64,000 bases of DNA from the NCBI GenBank assembly GCA_965645245.1, contig OZ287070.1, positions 1,922,001 through 1,986,000 on the forward strand, given 5' to 3'. Positions within the stretch are counted from its first letter, which is position 1. Each line of letters opens with the position of its first letter. The notes under the pieces are model-generated. The model saw only the letters and a list, made by a program, of their open reading frames with translations, did no database searches and was not told the origin of the DNA. Below are positions 47,414 to 60,307 of the stretch, one piece after another. Position numbers and translations under genes: made by a program. The DNA comes from Massalongia carnosa (Eukaryota).

Positions 47414-50400
47414 ATGAGGGGAGTTTCAGCAAGAAAGCGTCGGAAGTTAAGTCCCAAACCTGAAAGTGCCGAGATTGAGCCCTTCAATGACTCGGACGCC
47501 ATTGAACAGGCATCTTCACATCAACTTCGCCTTAATTCAAAGGCAAAAACTGAGGGGAACTCTCCAAAGGAGAAGCCCAAATCAAAACACAGAATCCACA
47601 TACCCAAAAATGCAGGGATACCGAAGGACTCTTTCTATACCCAGCCACCTCATAGATCAAGCCCTTATCGAATTGACGAGTTCTGCTGGCAAAAACCCCA
47701 AAGACAGTCTATGTCTCCGTCATCAAAGCCGCATTCTCCGACCCCTATCACACCACGTTCTGCTTACAACCCAAAGGAATTGAATCAAGCGTTGCGACTG
47801 AACGACGTCCAAACAGATGTTCTTTGTAGCTCACCAGATTCAGTTCATAGGGCTTGGGACGTTCGGGAAGGGAACCATATCACAGCCCCGCTAGATGATA
47901 ATAGCTGTCACCTTTCCCGCTGCGCCTCTGAGTCAATCGGAAATGCTGTAATACAGGGCTATGAAGACGTGCTAGCGGAATTGCCATCGGATGCTTTCTC
48001 GTCACCTTCAACATCACCGAAAGGCCTGATCGAGCCGATTCTACTCTTGTCCCAAGACCAAGAAACGCAAACTTGGTATTTCAACGATCAATGTCAAGTT
48101 CTAGCAGCGCCGCGCTCAAACTTGCGCCAGACAACCTTGTTCGGATCAAAAGCCCCAGAGAACTCTTCCCATTCTCAGTCCGTAAGAAAGTACAACTGGC
48201 CGCTTGCGAACCGAGAAGAACCTACCACGCATCATAAGCTAGATCGAGATGCTCTCAACACCTGGGTCTACCCAACAAATCTAGGAACAATTCGGGACTA
48301 CCAGTATAGCATCGTCGCCCGGGGACTTTACCACAATATGCTGGTCGCTCTTCCAACAGGCTTAGGAAAGACATTTATTGCCGCGACCATCATGCTCAAT
48401 TGGTTTCGATGGACTACAGAGGCGCAAATAGTTTTCGTAGCTCCCACCAAACCGCTGGTTTCGCAACAGGTCAAAGCATGTTTTGAAATTGCTGGTATTC
48501 CTCGATCGACCACAACTATGCTTACTGGCGCTACTCCACCAGGAATACGTGCTGAAGAATGGCTGAGGAAAAGGGTCTTTTTCATGACGCCTCAGACCAT
48601 TATCAATGATCTAAAGAGTGGGATTTGTGATCCAAAAAGGATTGTACTACTAGTAGTCGACGAAGCGCATCGCGCGACGGGCGGTTACGCATATGTCGAA
48701 GTGGTGAAATTTCTGAACCGCTTTAATTCAAGTTTTCGAGTCCTGGCGTTGACCGCAACTCCTGGAGCGACCATTGAGGGCGTTCAAGAAGTGATTGATG
48801 GTCTTGGAATTTCGAGAATTGAGATTAGAACAGAAGAGTCTTTGGACATTCGCCAATATGTGCACTCGCGAAAGGTGGAGACAATTTTATTCGACAGCTC
48901 GGAAGAGATGGTGATGTTGATGGACCTCTTTGCTAAGGCGCTTCAGCCCGTTTTGGAAAAACTGAACGGGATGAATGCCTACTGGCTGAAAGATCCGATG
49001 TCCTTAACACCGTATGGCTGTAATCAAGCTCGGATGAAATGGATGAGCTCTGACGCAGGCAAGAATGCTAATCTCGGTGTTAAAGGGATGGTTAACACTA
49101 TTTTTTCGCTGCTTGCTAGCCTTGCTCATGGCATAGAGCTTCTTAAATATCACGGGATTGGGCCGTTTTACCACAAGGTACTAGGATTTCGTGAAGGAGA
49201 GGGAGAGAGACTAGAAAAGGGTGGCAAATACCGGAAGCAGATTATTGAAAGTATGCATTTTCAAACGATGATGGCTAGGATCCAATCATGGATTAATAAG
49301 CCTGATTTTATTGGACATCCCAAACTTGATTACCTACAAAGTATTGTCCTTAAGCATTTTGTCGATGCTGGCGATGGCCAAGAAACATCTGACCCTACAA
49401 GCACCAGAATCATGGTGTTTGCACACTATCGAGACAGTGCTGAAGAAATCGCAAGGGTGCTGAAGCGGAATGATCCGATAATCAGGCCACACGTCTTTGT
49501 TGGGCAGGCCAATTCTAAGGGCTCCGACGGCATGGATCAGAAGATGCAGTTGACTGTCATTAAGAAGTTTCAGGAAGGCATATACAACACCCTTGTGGCA
49601 ACTTCTATTGGTGAGGAGGGGTTGGATATTGGGGAGGTTGACCTTATCGTCTGTTATGACGCCTCTGCTTCGCCTATTAGAATGCTGCAACGGATGGGAA
49701 GGACGGGCAGAAAACGCGCAGGTAATATCGTCGTAACATTAATGAAGGGGAAAGAAGAGACAAATTTCATCAAGGCCAAGGATAACTATGAGAAAATGCA
49801 AGTGGAAATTGCCGCTGGGACCAGGTTTAATTACCACGAAGAGCAATCTCGACGAATCGTTCCCAAAGACGTTCAACCTGTCGCCGATAAAAGGATTATC
49901 GAGATTCCTCCAGAGAATTCTCAAGAAGAATTACCAGAGCCAAGGAAACGTGCAAGGCCTCCCAAAAGACCAGCAAAAAGGTTTCATATGCCTGATGGTG
50001 TTCAGACTGGTTTTAGGAAGGCCTCTCGCATGGAAGCTAAAGCCCCCACTGATGATAAGTTTCTGCACAATCGCTCTCGACTTCATAAAAAAACCCCTAC
50101 GTTGGAGCCGGTTCCTTCCCTTGACGAGGTCTTGCTTACAGCTGCCGAAGGCGAAGAGTTTGCGCAAACCTATCTAAATGTTCATGACGATGCGCCCAGA
50201 ATTGTGGATGTTCCTAAGCTAGATGCGTTTCCGATGCTTCAGGCATCGCTCCGTCCAACAAAACATGTTGGTCATGGGTGGCAGACGATCCAGTTTGTTG
50301 AGACGATAAAATCAATGCGTAACGCATCTAAGAAGATTGAGATGTGGTATGAAGACCGACTTGGACGTGAAGATCGGCAGGAAGGCTTGGCTCAGGTGGC

Positions 50401-50743
50401 GAAGCGGAACGGGTATTTTCAAGGAGCCCATAAGGCATTGTCTACACAAGCACGGAATGCAAACTTTTCCTCTGGGCCAGATGAAGGCAGCAGTGGTAAC
50501 CAGGACGATCATAACCTAATTCAGGTCATGGACGATAAGACGGACGAAATTTATCACGCGCCATCTTCAATATCTCCTCCTTTAGCATTTACCAAGACGA
50601 GCGAACCGTACTATCAACCAGCGAACAAAACCTATGATGTAGAATCGGATTCTAATGAAGATTTACCTGAACTCAGTACTTTGGTTAAGGTTAATGAGTT
50701 TAGGATTGTCAGCAGGTTAGATGACGAGAATGCGGGATCCTAG
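47414..50743 (+). CDS. MPH1: ATP-dependent DNA helicase Mph1 (FANCM/Fml1 family)
   Basis: YPTNLGTIRDYQ, LPTGLGKTFIAA, VVDEAHRATGGYAY, LALTATPG, ATSIGEEGLDIGEVDLI, QRMGRTGRKRAG. Confidence 0.96.
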   Translation: MRGVSARKRRKLSPKPESAEIEPFNDSDAIEQASSHQLRLNSKAKTEGNSPKEKPKSKHRIHIPKNAGIPKDSFYTQPPHRSSPYRIDEFCWQKPQRQSMSPSSKPHSPTPITPRSAYNPKELNQALRLNDVQTDVLCSSPDSVHRAWDVREGNHITAPLDDNSCHLSRCASESIGNAVIQGYEDVLAELPSDAFSSPSTSPKGLIEPILLLSQDQETQTWYFNDQCQVLAAPRSNLRQTTLFGSKAPENSSHSQSVRKYNWPLANREEPTTHHKLDRDALNTWVYPTNLGTIRDYQYSIVARGLYHNMLVALPTGLGKTFIAATIMLNWFRWTTEAQIVFVAPTKPLVSQQVKACFEIAGIPRSTTTMLTGATPPGIRAEEWLRKRVFFMTPQTIINDLKSGICDPKRIVLLVVDEAHRATGGYAYVEVVKFLNRFNSSFRVLALTATPGATIEGVQEVIDGLGISRIEIRTEESLDIRQYVHSRKVETILFDSSEEMVMLMDLFAKALQPVLEKLNGMNAYWLKDPMSLTPYGCNQARMKWMSSDAGKNANLGVKGMVNTIFSLLASLAHGIELLKYHGIGPFYHKVLGFREGEGERLEKGGKYRKQIIESMHFQTMMARIQSWINKPDFIGHPKLDYLQSIVLKHFVDAGDGQETSDPTSTRIMVFAHYRDSAEEIARVLKRNDPIIRPHVFVGQANSKGSDGMDQKMQLTVIKKFQEGIYNTLVATSIGEEGLDIGEVDLIVCYDASASPIRMLQRMGRTGRKRAGNIVVTLMKGKEETNFIKAKDNYEKMQVEIAAGTRFNYHEEQSRRIVPKDVQPVADKRIIEIPPENSQEELPEPRKRARPPKRPAKRFHMPDGVQTGFRKASRMEAKAPTDDKFLHNRSRLHKKTPTLEPVPSLDEVLLTAAEGEEFAQTYLNVHDDAPRIVDVPKLDAFPMLQASLRPTKHVGHGWQTIQFVETIKSMRNASKKIEMWYEDRLGREDRQEGLAQVAKRNGYFQGAHKALSTQARNANFSSGPDEGSSGNQDDHNLIQVMDDKTDEIYHAPSSISPPLAFTKTSEPYYQPANKTYDVESDSNEDLPELSTLVKVNEFRIVSRLDDENAGS

Positions 50744-50994
50744 ACCGAGTCTGCGAAAGGGGAAGAGTACGGCCATTGAAGATGTAAGTGATAACGACTG
50801 ATTCTGGAAGGCGTTAGTAAAACCTGGTTAATGATACCCCGGGGCACTTTTTGATATATCTTGCTTTGTAGAATCCTAATGAAAAAGTCCGCCTACATAA
50901 TGTCTAAAAATTTTATCCGTAGAGTCTTACAGTAACTAATAAACCTCGAAGCATATTCCATCGACTCTTCTCTACCTAATACTAACCGCCCATC

Positions 50995-52157
50995 ATGTCA
51001 ACAGAAACTCAGTTCGACAGCGCTCTGTATCTCTCCCTCCTTCCCCCCATGCTAACAGAATCTACTGAACCCCCTCTGTCCCCTTCCCCTAGTGACCTTC
51101 TCCGCCGCCTCCCCCCCCACTCTACCGCGGAAAACCTCTCCCGCCTCTGCGCCATCGCTCCACACCTCACCGAAGACCTCCTCTCGTCCGTCGACCAACC
51201 GCTCGAGACGCACCGCTGCAGCAAAACCGGCCGCGATTACCTCCTGTGCGACTACAACCGCGATGGCGATAGCTGGCGCAGCCCATGGAGTAATGAGTTC
51301 GAGCCGCCGCTGGAGGGTGAGGATGAGGGGGCGAAGCCCGGGGAGCGGGTGCGTGGGTTGGAGGTGCGCATGGGGGAGGCGGTGGATGTCTATCGGGAAT
51401 TGTGAGTTTTGGGGGGAATATTAATGTTATGTCGTTGATGTATATGAGTTTTGAGAAAGCTAACTTTTGGGCCTGGCTACGGACATAAAGGTACTATGAA
51501 GGGGGCGTGAGCAGTGTTTATTTCTGGGACCTGGATGATGGCTTTGCCGGTGTAGTGCTATTAAAGAAGAGTACGTATCCATCCATACTTCTCCATCTGC
51601 CGTCTGGAAAAGGGGAGAGTGGCAACTGACTGCCGCTTGGCTTCGGGGGGAATCAGCGACGCCAAAAGGAAAAGGCGAAGGAGCATGGGATTCGATTCAT
51701 GTGTTCGAGGCCATTGATCGGGCGCGCACGGCACACTACAAACTTACGAGCACGGTGATTTTACGGCTAAGCGCGGAGAATGAAGCGCTCGGGCAGATGG
51801 ACCTGAGCGGGAATATGACGAGGCAGATTGAACAGGATATGCCAGTGCAGGACGATTCGAGCCATATCGCTAATGTGGGCAAGTTGGTGGAAGATATGGA
51901 GCTAAAGATGAGAAATTTGCTGCGTATGTGTTAACTTTTACGGGCGAGGGCTTGCTTTGGCTAATGGGTCATAGAGGAGGTCTATTTTGGAAAGGCAAAG
52001 GATGTTGTAGGCGACCTTCGAAGTCGGTGGATCTACATCTCCCTTCTCCAATAGGTTTAACTGATTGCAAGCAGGCATACCGCCCCTGACTGAGGCAAAT
52101 CGGGAGAAAGCAACACACCAGGAGATGATCAACTCGATGAAGCGACAAGAGAATTGA
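50995..52157 (+). CDS. CAP2: F-actin capping protein beta subunit, multi-exon
   Basis: [86 protein letters not shown]. Confidence 0.95.
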
Positions 52158-53532
52158 CAGGCTTTGCATTTTGGCCTAAATAGACCTTTGACATGGCGAC
52201 CGCTCCTTTTAAATTTTGTCCTACTAAACAGCCACCCTCTAAGGTACTAGTTTTTCAAGCGCTTAATCCGAGAGTGCTCGCAATCGTATGCCCGTTACGT
52301 TATCATCCATCATAAAGTTCGTCCTGCAGTTAGCCTTTGCTGTAGTCTTTGTTGCGACTTTGTAGATTTGAAGCTCTTGTGCTGGAAGGTCGTGGGTGAT
52401 GACTGAGTTACAAACATTAACATATCATCTCTTATTGGCAATTCATTGCAAACAATAATCGTTGTTAACCATTTGTATTGACCATTCGAAGCGACTCGTA
52501 ATGATTAAAATGACTATAAGTTCCAGATTACCCCCTTCGCTGCTTCCTTTTATGACCATATGACCACCTGGCCTCGGCCAAAAAGGCTTTGGTATGCGAG
52601 GCATGAGGATTGACATTGGCGGTCGGTCCGATACAATATCTCTCTATTGACTTAGTTCTTTATACTCTGTTGATATTGGCCTGATTTTTGGGAAACATGA
52701 AGTCCAATCTGCTTCGTTGAGGCGAGTAGAACCATGAGCACCGAAGATAAGGCGCTCACAATGGGGAAGATACCGTCAAGAAACGCAGCCGTAAGGCTCG
52801 AGAATATACTTTTTAGTTCTATCTCATTCCACACATATCTTTCTGATATACGAATAATCTCGTAATGGATGATGGTACCGTTGGCGTGGTCGATGTTGAA
52901 GGTACGTCGTTATCGTTGAGTTTGGGGTGCCGAGATTTGCATTCGAGGGGAAAGAAGCCCAAATATGTACATACATGATTCCTTCCTAAGCATTAAATCC
53001 ATAGGAGAATTCTGAGCATCCACTTTATCTACTCTCGCTTGACTTGCAAGCTGAGAGCGGATTATCATTTTCCGTATTTACATGAATTACGTAAGTTGCC
53101 TTGATATACATCTTTCTTACGTGTGGAAAAAGGTGGAATACGTGAGTACTAAGTAGTGCTGTTCCATCCCTCACTATGTAAGTTGATCCACCAGCTGCAC
53201 TGAAAAACAATATTTATATAATTTGAGGCTGATCCTTTTTCTAGCCTTCGCTATTAATGCAAGTGGTCCCTGAGAAGAATGAAAGTGCGACACTAAAACT
53301 TGGAGGATATCTTGATTTCTGGACAGTCGTCGACTAGACATGTCATCCATCAAAGACCGCAACAAAGATATCGAGTCACAGATTTCTGGTATCTTTGACC
53401 ATAGTCCGAGTCTTTTTGAATCCGAGAAGACGCAAAGACCCGTGGCTGGATGGTTTGTACAGAAACCATTCAAATCTCGAATGTATACCAACGGTGGAGT
53501 ACTATCTATTTCCTGATAGAAACATTGTCTAA

Positions 53533-56500
53533 ATGCATCAAGGTTTAGGTTATTCGTTGAACTCGAGGAACTCCTTTGAGTCTCCTCAATCTCTTGGCGG
53601 GAGCCATCCAGCTAACTGGGGAAGTCCGTACCAAACACCGATTTCTGGTAAGAATGACGTCTATCAATCTCCTTACAACAATAGCGGAAGCAGCCTCGCG
53701 CAGCACGAGGAGTTAAGCATTTTGTTAAAAACCGCAGAGACCTCCGAGACCTCAGGTTCCCAAAGAATGGGTAGCACCCCTTCAAAGAATTCTGCGCTAT
53801 CATCTCGTACGTCGGCTGGGCTCACGTCTATTAAGAAGGAGTTGGAAGACTATGACTCATCAATGGTTATCCTGCAACCGCCCTCTCCTTTATCTACCGC
53901 TTCATCCCAACTCTCCCCTGCTAAATCTACAACCCCGGTAGTCTTAACGACACCAGCCAAAACAGCAAACCCAAAACCACGAAAGCAACCCTCAAGGGCC
54001 AAAAGACGGCGTTACTCGGATCTTCGACCGAGGACCTCAATTCCTGCTAACTTGTCAGCGACAGAATTGGCGCAGCAAAGCATACATGCTGCGTATTCTT
54101 CAAGACTTAACCCGTTTACTCTTCATCCAGATGAATACCAGCTATTGCGGGACCATCTCTGTCGCCTTCACGTCTCTGCATATCTGAATATCCGCAATCG
54201 TATTTTGAGGTTATGGGTGCGGAACCCCTTAGTGAGTGTCACGCCAGACGAGGCTGCTGGGTGTGCTCTTTCTTCAAGATGGCTTGGCCTGGCTGAAGTC
54301 GCTTACGAATGGCTTCTAAGAAAAGGATACATAAATTTCGGTTGCCTTGAAATTCCTGATCTAGCAGATGCACGGGTTAAGAAAAACAAACTTAAGCGGT
54401 CTAAGAGGAAAACTATTATCATTGTCGGCGCTGGGATGGCAGGTTTGGGATGTGCGAGGCAGCTTGAGGGCCTATTTTCTCATTACCGGGAGAGATGGGC
54501 ATCCATAGGAGAAGAGCCACCTAAGGTAGTAGTTTTGGAAGGTCGCAATAGAATCGGTGGGCGGGTCTATTCACATCCGCTCCTGAGACAGGACACTACT
54601 ACTTTACCAGAGAATGCTAGGTGCACGGCGGAGCTTGGAGCACACATCATTACTGGGTTCGATCATGGAAATCCACTGAGCATGATAATACGCGGCCAGC
54701 TCGCGCTACATTACTACCCGCTCAAGGATAACTCCACTTTGTTCGATCTCGATGGGCATGTTGTTGATAAGGTACGAGACACTATGGTAGAAAAACTGTA
54801 CAATGACATACTTGATCGCGCCAGCGTCTATCGACATAGAAGCGCAGCGGCCCCAACAATTGAAGGGGACAAGGACTTGGTTGAAGCTGGACGTGATCCA
54901 CATGGAGAAACTGGACCTCCTATGAGTACCCTGGAGATTGAGCGTAGCTTCGAAATGGCACTTGCCAACGGGAACGGAATTGAGCCCGTGCCTGGCGGCG
55001 TGGATAAGCTTACTGGGAAAGCTCATATGGTTTCAGGTTCGCGAAAAAAGGTTCCACCTGCCATCGCTGCTGAGGATATGGGATGGCAAATTGCCTCAAA
55101 TGTACTTCCAAACGGGGATTTAAACTTAGATGCTGCTGCTAAATCTTGCCAGTACCCAACGTTGGGCGCTGCCATGGATGAGGCGGTGAAGCAGTATCAA
55201 TTTCTTCTCGATCTTTCGCCGCAAGATATGCGCTTACTGAATTGGCATTATGCAAACTTGGAATACGCGAATGCGGCGAATATCGGCAAACTAAGCCTTG
55301 GTGGTTGGGATCAAGATATAGGCAACGAGTTCGAAGGCGAACACGCACAAGTCATTGGTGGATATCAACAGGTACCTCGAGGCATATTCCAGTACCCATC
55401 GCGGCTCGATTTGCGAACCTATAAAGCCGTCAGAGCAATAACCTACACCTTGGAGACTTCGAAAGAAGGCCCAGCTACGATCTATTGCGATGACGGCGAT
55501 ATCCTTGAAGCCGATCGAGTTGTCCTCACGACTCCGCTAGGTGTGTTGAAGGACAACTCGATCAGTTTCAACCCTATACTACCGGAATGGAAGCTTAATC
55601 CAATTCAGCGACTAGGATTCGGTACGCTGAATAAGGTCATCCTAGTCTACGAAAAGCCATTTTGGGATGTCGATCAGGACATGTTCGGGCTTTTGAGGGA
55701 GGCTGAGGTGGTTGGCAGCTTGGATCAAGAGGATTATGTCTGCAATAGAGGAAGGTTCTATCTTTTCTGGAATTGCATCAAAACTAGTGGTCTTCCTGTT
55801 CTTATCGCGTTGATGGCAGGTGATGCGGCTCATCAAGCCGAAAGTGCAAATGACGCTGAGCTGGTGGCTGATGTTACGCAAGACCTCGCTCGAATGTTCA
55901 AACAATCACCAATACCTATGCCATTGGAAACTATTGTGACGAGGTGGGGGAAGGACCGCTTTGCACGCGGCAGCTACTCTTATGTCGGTCCTACATCTCT
56001 GCCCGGCGATTACGAGGCCATGGCGCGACCCATTGGGAATCTACATTTTGCGGGCGAAGCAACATGTGGCACCCATCCCGCTACTGTTCACGGTGCCTAC
56101 ATCTCAGGGCTGAGGGCTGCTTCCGAGATCATTGAGTCCCTTCTTGGGCCGATTGAAATACCTGCTCCTCTGGTCTCTGCTCCAGCCAAAGCAGACACGA
56201 TTCGAAGAGAGCCAAGCCAGAAGCCCAGAGCTGATCCCCAGCGCCAGAAGAAGCCAGAACTCTCCAGAGAGGCACGCCTTGAAGCATTCGAATCTGATAT
56301 ATTATCCGCCATATTTACAGAACTGGGCCTTCGTCCATCGAAACCAGGAAAACCAGGATCCAACCCATTCCTTCTCTTCACTAAGGATCAATGGGCCTCC
56401 TGCAAAAAAATCTGTGATGACGCACGTCGAACCGCTACAGGAGACCCTATCGCCAAAGCCTCCCGGAACGAGGTCCGCTCTGCGCTGGGTCAAATGTGGC

Positions 56501-56787
56501 GCGAAGCCAGTGAAGACATCAAGCAACCGTACATCGCGCAGACGGAAAGCAACCGCATCGTAAACATAGAGAGTGCGGCTACCTTCCAGGACCGGCTCGC
56601 CGCGTGGGATGCGCAGGCTATGGCCGTGCGGAGGAAATATGTGCAGGAGCACCCGAACGTACTTTCTGAGGAGGAGGAATTGCAGATGTGGCAGGCGTTG
56701 GGGGTAGAGGGGTTGTACGATGGGGAGCGGAGGGCGAAGAAAGTTTCGGGCTATGCTGAGGAATCGGGGTCGGACGGGGAGATGTGA
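53533..56787 (+). CDS. Lysine-specific histone demethylase LSD1-like (SWIRM + flavin amine oxidase + HMG-box-like tail)
   Basis: YLNIRNRILRLW and GYINFG (SWIRM), IVGAGMAGL, EGRNRIGGRV, FAGEAT...ATVHGAYISGLRAA; C-terminal NPFLLF...LGQMWR. A further upstream exon (ATG 52865) is possible. Confidence 0.93.
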   Translation: MHQGLGYSLNSRNSFESPQSLGGSHPANWGSPYQTPISGKNDVYQSPYNNSGSSLAQHEELSILLKTAETSETSGSQRMGSTPSKNSALSSRTSAGLTSIKKELEDYDSSMVILQPPSPLSTASSQLSPAKSTTPVVLTTPAKTANPKPRKQPSRAKRRRYSDLRPRTSIPANLSATELAQQSIHAAYSSRLNPFTLHPDEYQLLRDHLCRLHVSAYLNIRNRILRLWVRNPLVSVTPDEAAGCALSSRWLGLAEVAYEWLLRKGYINFGCLEIPDLADARVKKNKLKRSKRKTIIIVGAGMAGLGCARQLEGLFSHYRERWASIGEEPPKVVVLEGRNRIGGRVYSHPLLRQDTTTLPENARCTAELGAHIITGFDHGNPLSMIIRGQLALHYYPLKDNSTLFDLDGHVVDKVRDTMVEKLYNDILDRASVYRHRSAAAPTIEGDKDLVEAGRDPHGETGPPMSTLEIERSFEMALANGNGIEPVPGGVDKLTGKAHMVSGSRKKVPPAIAAEDMGWQIASNVLPNGDLNLDAAAKSCQYPTLGAAMDEAVKQYQFLLDLSPQDMRLLNWHYANLEYANAANIGKLSLGGWDQDIGNEFEGEHAQVIGGYQQVPRGIFQYPSRLDLRTYKAVRAITYTLETSKEGPATIYCDDGDILEADRVVLTTPLGVLKDNSISFNPILPEWKLNPIQRLGFGTLNKVILVYEKPFWDVDQDMFGLLREAEVVGSLDQEDYVCNRGRFYLFWNCIKTSGLPVLIALMAGDAAHQAESANDAELVADVTQDLARMFKQSPIPMPLETIVTRWGKDRFARGSYSYVGPTSLPGDYEAMARPIGNLHFAGEATCGTHPATVHGAYISGLRAASEIIESLLGPIEIPAPLVSAPAKADTIRREPSQKPRADPQRQKKPELSREARLEAFESDILSAIFTELGLRPSKPGKPGSNPFLLFTKDQWASCKKICDDARRTATGDPIAKASRNEVRSALGQMWREASEDIKQPYIAQTESNRIVNIESAATFQDRLAAWDAQAMAVRRKYVQEHPNVLSEEEELQMWQALGVEGLYDGERRAKKVSGYAEESGSDGEM

Positions 56788-57848
56788 GAGATGTTTTTTA
56801 GGGCTTGGCTTACGCGGTGGTGCTGGCTACGTGTGGCGCCGGCATGTACTCTGTAGGAAGGTGGAGTTTCGGTTTGCGGGTTGTATGCTTACAACGCTGT
56901 TGGCGAGCTGTACGTGCATTTGTAGGGCGAAGCTTTATTTAGCCTTTCTTTCGATCCTTACTGACTGTTGATGCCGCTGAGCTTGGCTTTGCCTTCTTCG
57001 TTGTAGATTACATGTGCCAGGTATGAAGAACACTGATAACTTAGAGGAAGTAGTCGCCTCAGGCACAATGGCTTCCCAGCTACCCTTTGGAAAACTCGGC
57101 ATGAAATGGGTTTTTTTAAAATCCAGCCTCCATTAACTTGCGACATCCCTCATCTAAGTCTTGTGCACACATACTTTGCTGATGATTGAGCTATGATTTT
57201 GTCTGGTAAACTAGTTACCTTTCGTGGCGATATCCTCCGGAAAATGACAATGGCTCTGCTTCCTCGTCATCATGGAAACGAGAGTTGATAGCGTTAAAAG
57301 ATAAACTTTTGCTGATCGACTAGAGTTTCCGTGTTGCTGGGACAGAGTACCGTTGGGCGCAAGCTGCCTTAACGTTATGCCAGGCCCAATCGGCGCTAAA
57401 GATGTCTCTGGGATCTATCTCCGACAGACGGTCAATTTCGTGTCACTTTCGAAAGGGCTGCCTCAGATATCCTAACAATCCGAATCGCAACGACGGAGTG
57501 AGACTCGAATGCTATATGAATTACAAAAAAAGGATCAGCTCATCATCGAAAAACTTTAGTCTTATTTCTATTCGTCGTCGACATTGTGCAATTCCCCATC
57601 TTCTAGGACACTAGACTCCGAGACTCTAATATCCCGCCCCCCCACATTTACGCCTTTCCTCCAAGGCTTATATTAGGTCTTCGTGTGACTTTAGGCAACG
57701 GTATACACGGATTTTTAATCAATTATTTTGATTTTATATCTTTCAAGCATCATTTTAGACGCATGCATGTGGCTAGGGCAATACTGAATTTTGGCCTGAC
57801 CTCTCCATCCGCCTGGCTGGCGCCCAACGCCAGCGACACGCCGTTGAA

Positions 57849-60307
57849 ATGGCATCATTCTTTGCGAAGATGCGCTCGAGCGCTGTTAGTATTTACTTTC
57901 CTACTTCGGTGAGAGGGAAAGAGTTCCCTCTCACTTGGAGTATACGTACGGGGGCTTTTGTTTGAAGATATCATTATGGCAGCCATGGCCTTGATTTTGC
58001 TAACGAGCTTCGCCATACGGACTAGGGAGCCTCGAGTCCATCAACTGGATCTTCGCCGGCAAAGAAAGATCCTAATGCCTCCCAACTGACCCCACTTGAG
58101 AGACTTCTAACAGACGCCGGACCGTTACGAAACGATGGCAGCGATAAATTCTTTGGTATGGAGAACGTGAGTCTCGATTCTGTGACTGTTCTGACCATTT
58201 AAAGCTGATAGGGCGCAACTTCTGTAGTTTGGCAATACATGGTATGTTGGCCATTATCTGCAGGGAGCGACTATGCTAACCCAGATCATCCTCCAGCTAC
58301 TGCAATTCAATTCTGCAATGTCTGTATTATACCGTTCCTTTTCGAGATCAAGTCATTAATTACCCCAAAAACTCGTCCTTGGGGCGGACAAAAGTAACAT
58401 CGAATGATTTACCACGGCTAAACCTAAGCTCCGGCGCTGCTCTCAACGGGCAGACATCACTCTCACCTACAAAATCAAAAGTGCCCGCAGCTGCCTCTTC
58501 AGCGCGGAATCCCGGTGGACCAGTACCATCACCTAAGCCTGAGGATAAAGAAACGCCGGAATATAAAAAAAAGCTAGCGTTAGCAAAGGGCCCGGTGCTC
58601 AATATGAATCATGCCAACACCGCGGCTTACGGAATGAAAGAATCTTTGTTCACAGCGCTGAAAGATATATTTGAGGCTATTCTGGCACATAGCTCCCGAA
58701 CGGGTGTGGTCAGCCCAACCAAGTTCCTTGAAGTCTTGCGAAAGGAAAACGAGATGTTCCGAAGCTTAATGCATCAAGACGCTCACGAGTTTTTAAATCT
58801 TCTTCTCAACGAGGTTGTCAAGAATGTAGAAGTGAATGTGAAAAAACTCGAGGCCGAAAAGGATGAGCTTGAAAGAGACACGAATAGCTCAGCAGAGTCA
58901 AGTAGCTTTGAAAAGGCTCTGGCGTCTACACTGCCAACAACCACAGAAGGCACACGAACGCCTACTAACACCGGATGGGTTCATGAGCTCTTTGAAGGGA
59001 CTCTAACGTCAGAAACAAAGTGCTTGACGTGTGAAAATGTGTCGCAGAGGGATGAAGTGTTTCTTGACCTCTCCGTAGATTTAGATCAACATTCTTCGGT
59101 GACATCGTGTTTGAGAAAATTCTCCGAGGAAGAGATGCTTTGCGAGAGGAATAAATTTCACTGTGATCGGTGTGGAGGGCTACAAGAGGCTGAAAAGCGT
59201 ATGAAAATCAAAAGATTACCCAAAATCCTGGCCCTGCACCTGAAAAGATTCAAATATACTGAAGACCTCCAACGGCTACAAAAGCTATTTCATCGAGTCG
59301 TATACCCCTATCATTTGCGGCTGTTTAATACTACGGATGATGCAGAAGATCCGGATCGGCTTTACGAGCTATACGCTGTTGTTGTACATATTGGCGGGGG
59401 GCCTTACCACGGCCATTATGTCTCCATCGTAAAGACTCAAGATCGCGGTTGGTTGCTTTTTGATGATGAAATGGTTGAGCCGGTGGATAAAAGTTATGTA
59501 CGAAACTTCTTTGGCGACAGACCAGGGCTAGCTTGTGCGTATGTTCTATTCTACCAGGAAACAACACTGGAAGCTGTAAAAAGAGAGCAAGACGCCGAGT
59601 GGCAACCAGAAGCCCCTCAGCCGGTAGAGACCTCAAGAGAACCGGTTGGGCTTGGTCTTAAGCCCAATGGCGTTTTCACCAAAACTCCTGTCTCCCCGAT
59701 ATCTGTAGAAGGCGATCGCTGGGACGGACTTGATAAGATAGTCACAGAACCTCCACCTCTACACCAGCCCTCTGCGGAGGTCGCCATCAGCCCTATCTCC
59801 ACAAAACCTCTAAGCGCTGGCTTAATAACCGCGAAGGGGGAGACGCAATCAAGAAAAGAACGTGCCAAGGAAGAAAAGGAGCGTAAAGCAGCCGAAAAAG
59901 ACCAAGAAAAGGCGGACCGAGCGAAGCAAAAAACGTTTGAGCTGAGGAGGAAAGAGAACGACAAGAAGCAAGCGTCAGACGTCAAAACAACCATTGAAGC
60001 GAGCAAGGTATCAAGGTTGGACGACGACCACGCTGGTGGTGCATCGGAGGCACCTGCTCCCAAGAACGCGACCGTGAGCAGCTCGAACGGGCTTACCGCG
60101 GGGCTCAGCCGGTTTCGCCAAAGCAGCAAGAGCATCAGCAAGCGACCGAAATTTTGGATCTCTAAAGACTCCAGCAAGGATGAGACGGCGGTAGTCGAGG
60201 GAGAAGAAATCCCTAACCCCAACCCTGCTTCGGCGCCCCTAGCCCCCGAGAAACCCAAAAATCGGTTTAGCAATCTACGAAAGAAGACTTCGAATATGAT
60301 ACTGTAA
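57849..60307 (+). CDS. creB: Ubiquitin C-terminal hydrolase, CreB/Ubp9-13/USP12-46-like; three 5' introns
   Basis: MASFFAKM start; [26 protein letters not shown] (Cys box), [25 protein letters not shown] (His box), AYVLFYQ. Confidence 0.9.

Noticed and set aside
44028..50743. RecQ-like remnant plus MPH1 as a functional divergent helicase pair
   Set aside because: The RecQ-like gene is broken and enclosed in TIRs; adjacency is explained by insertion.
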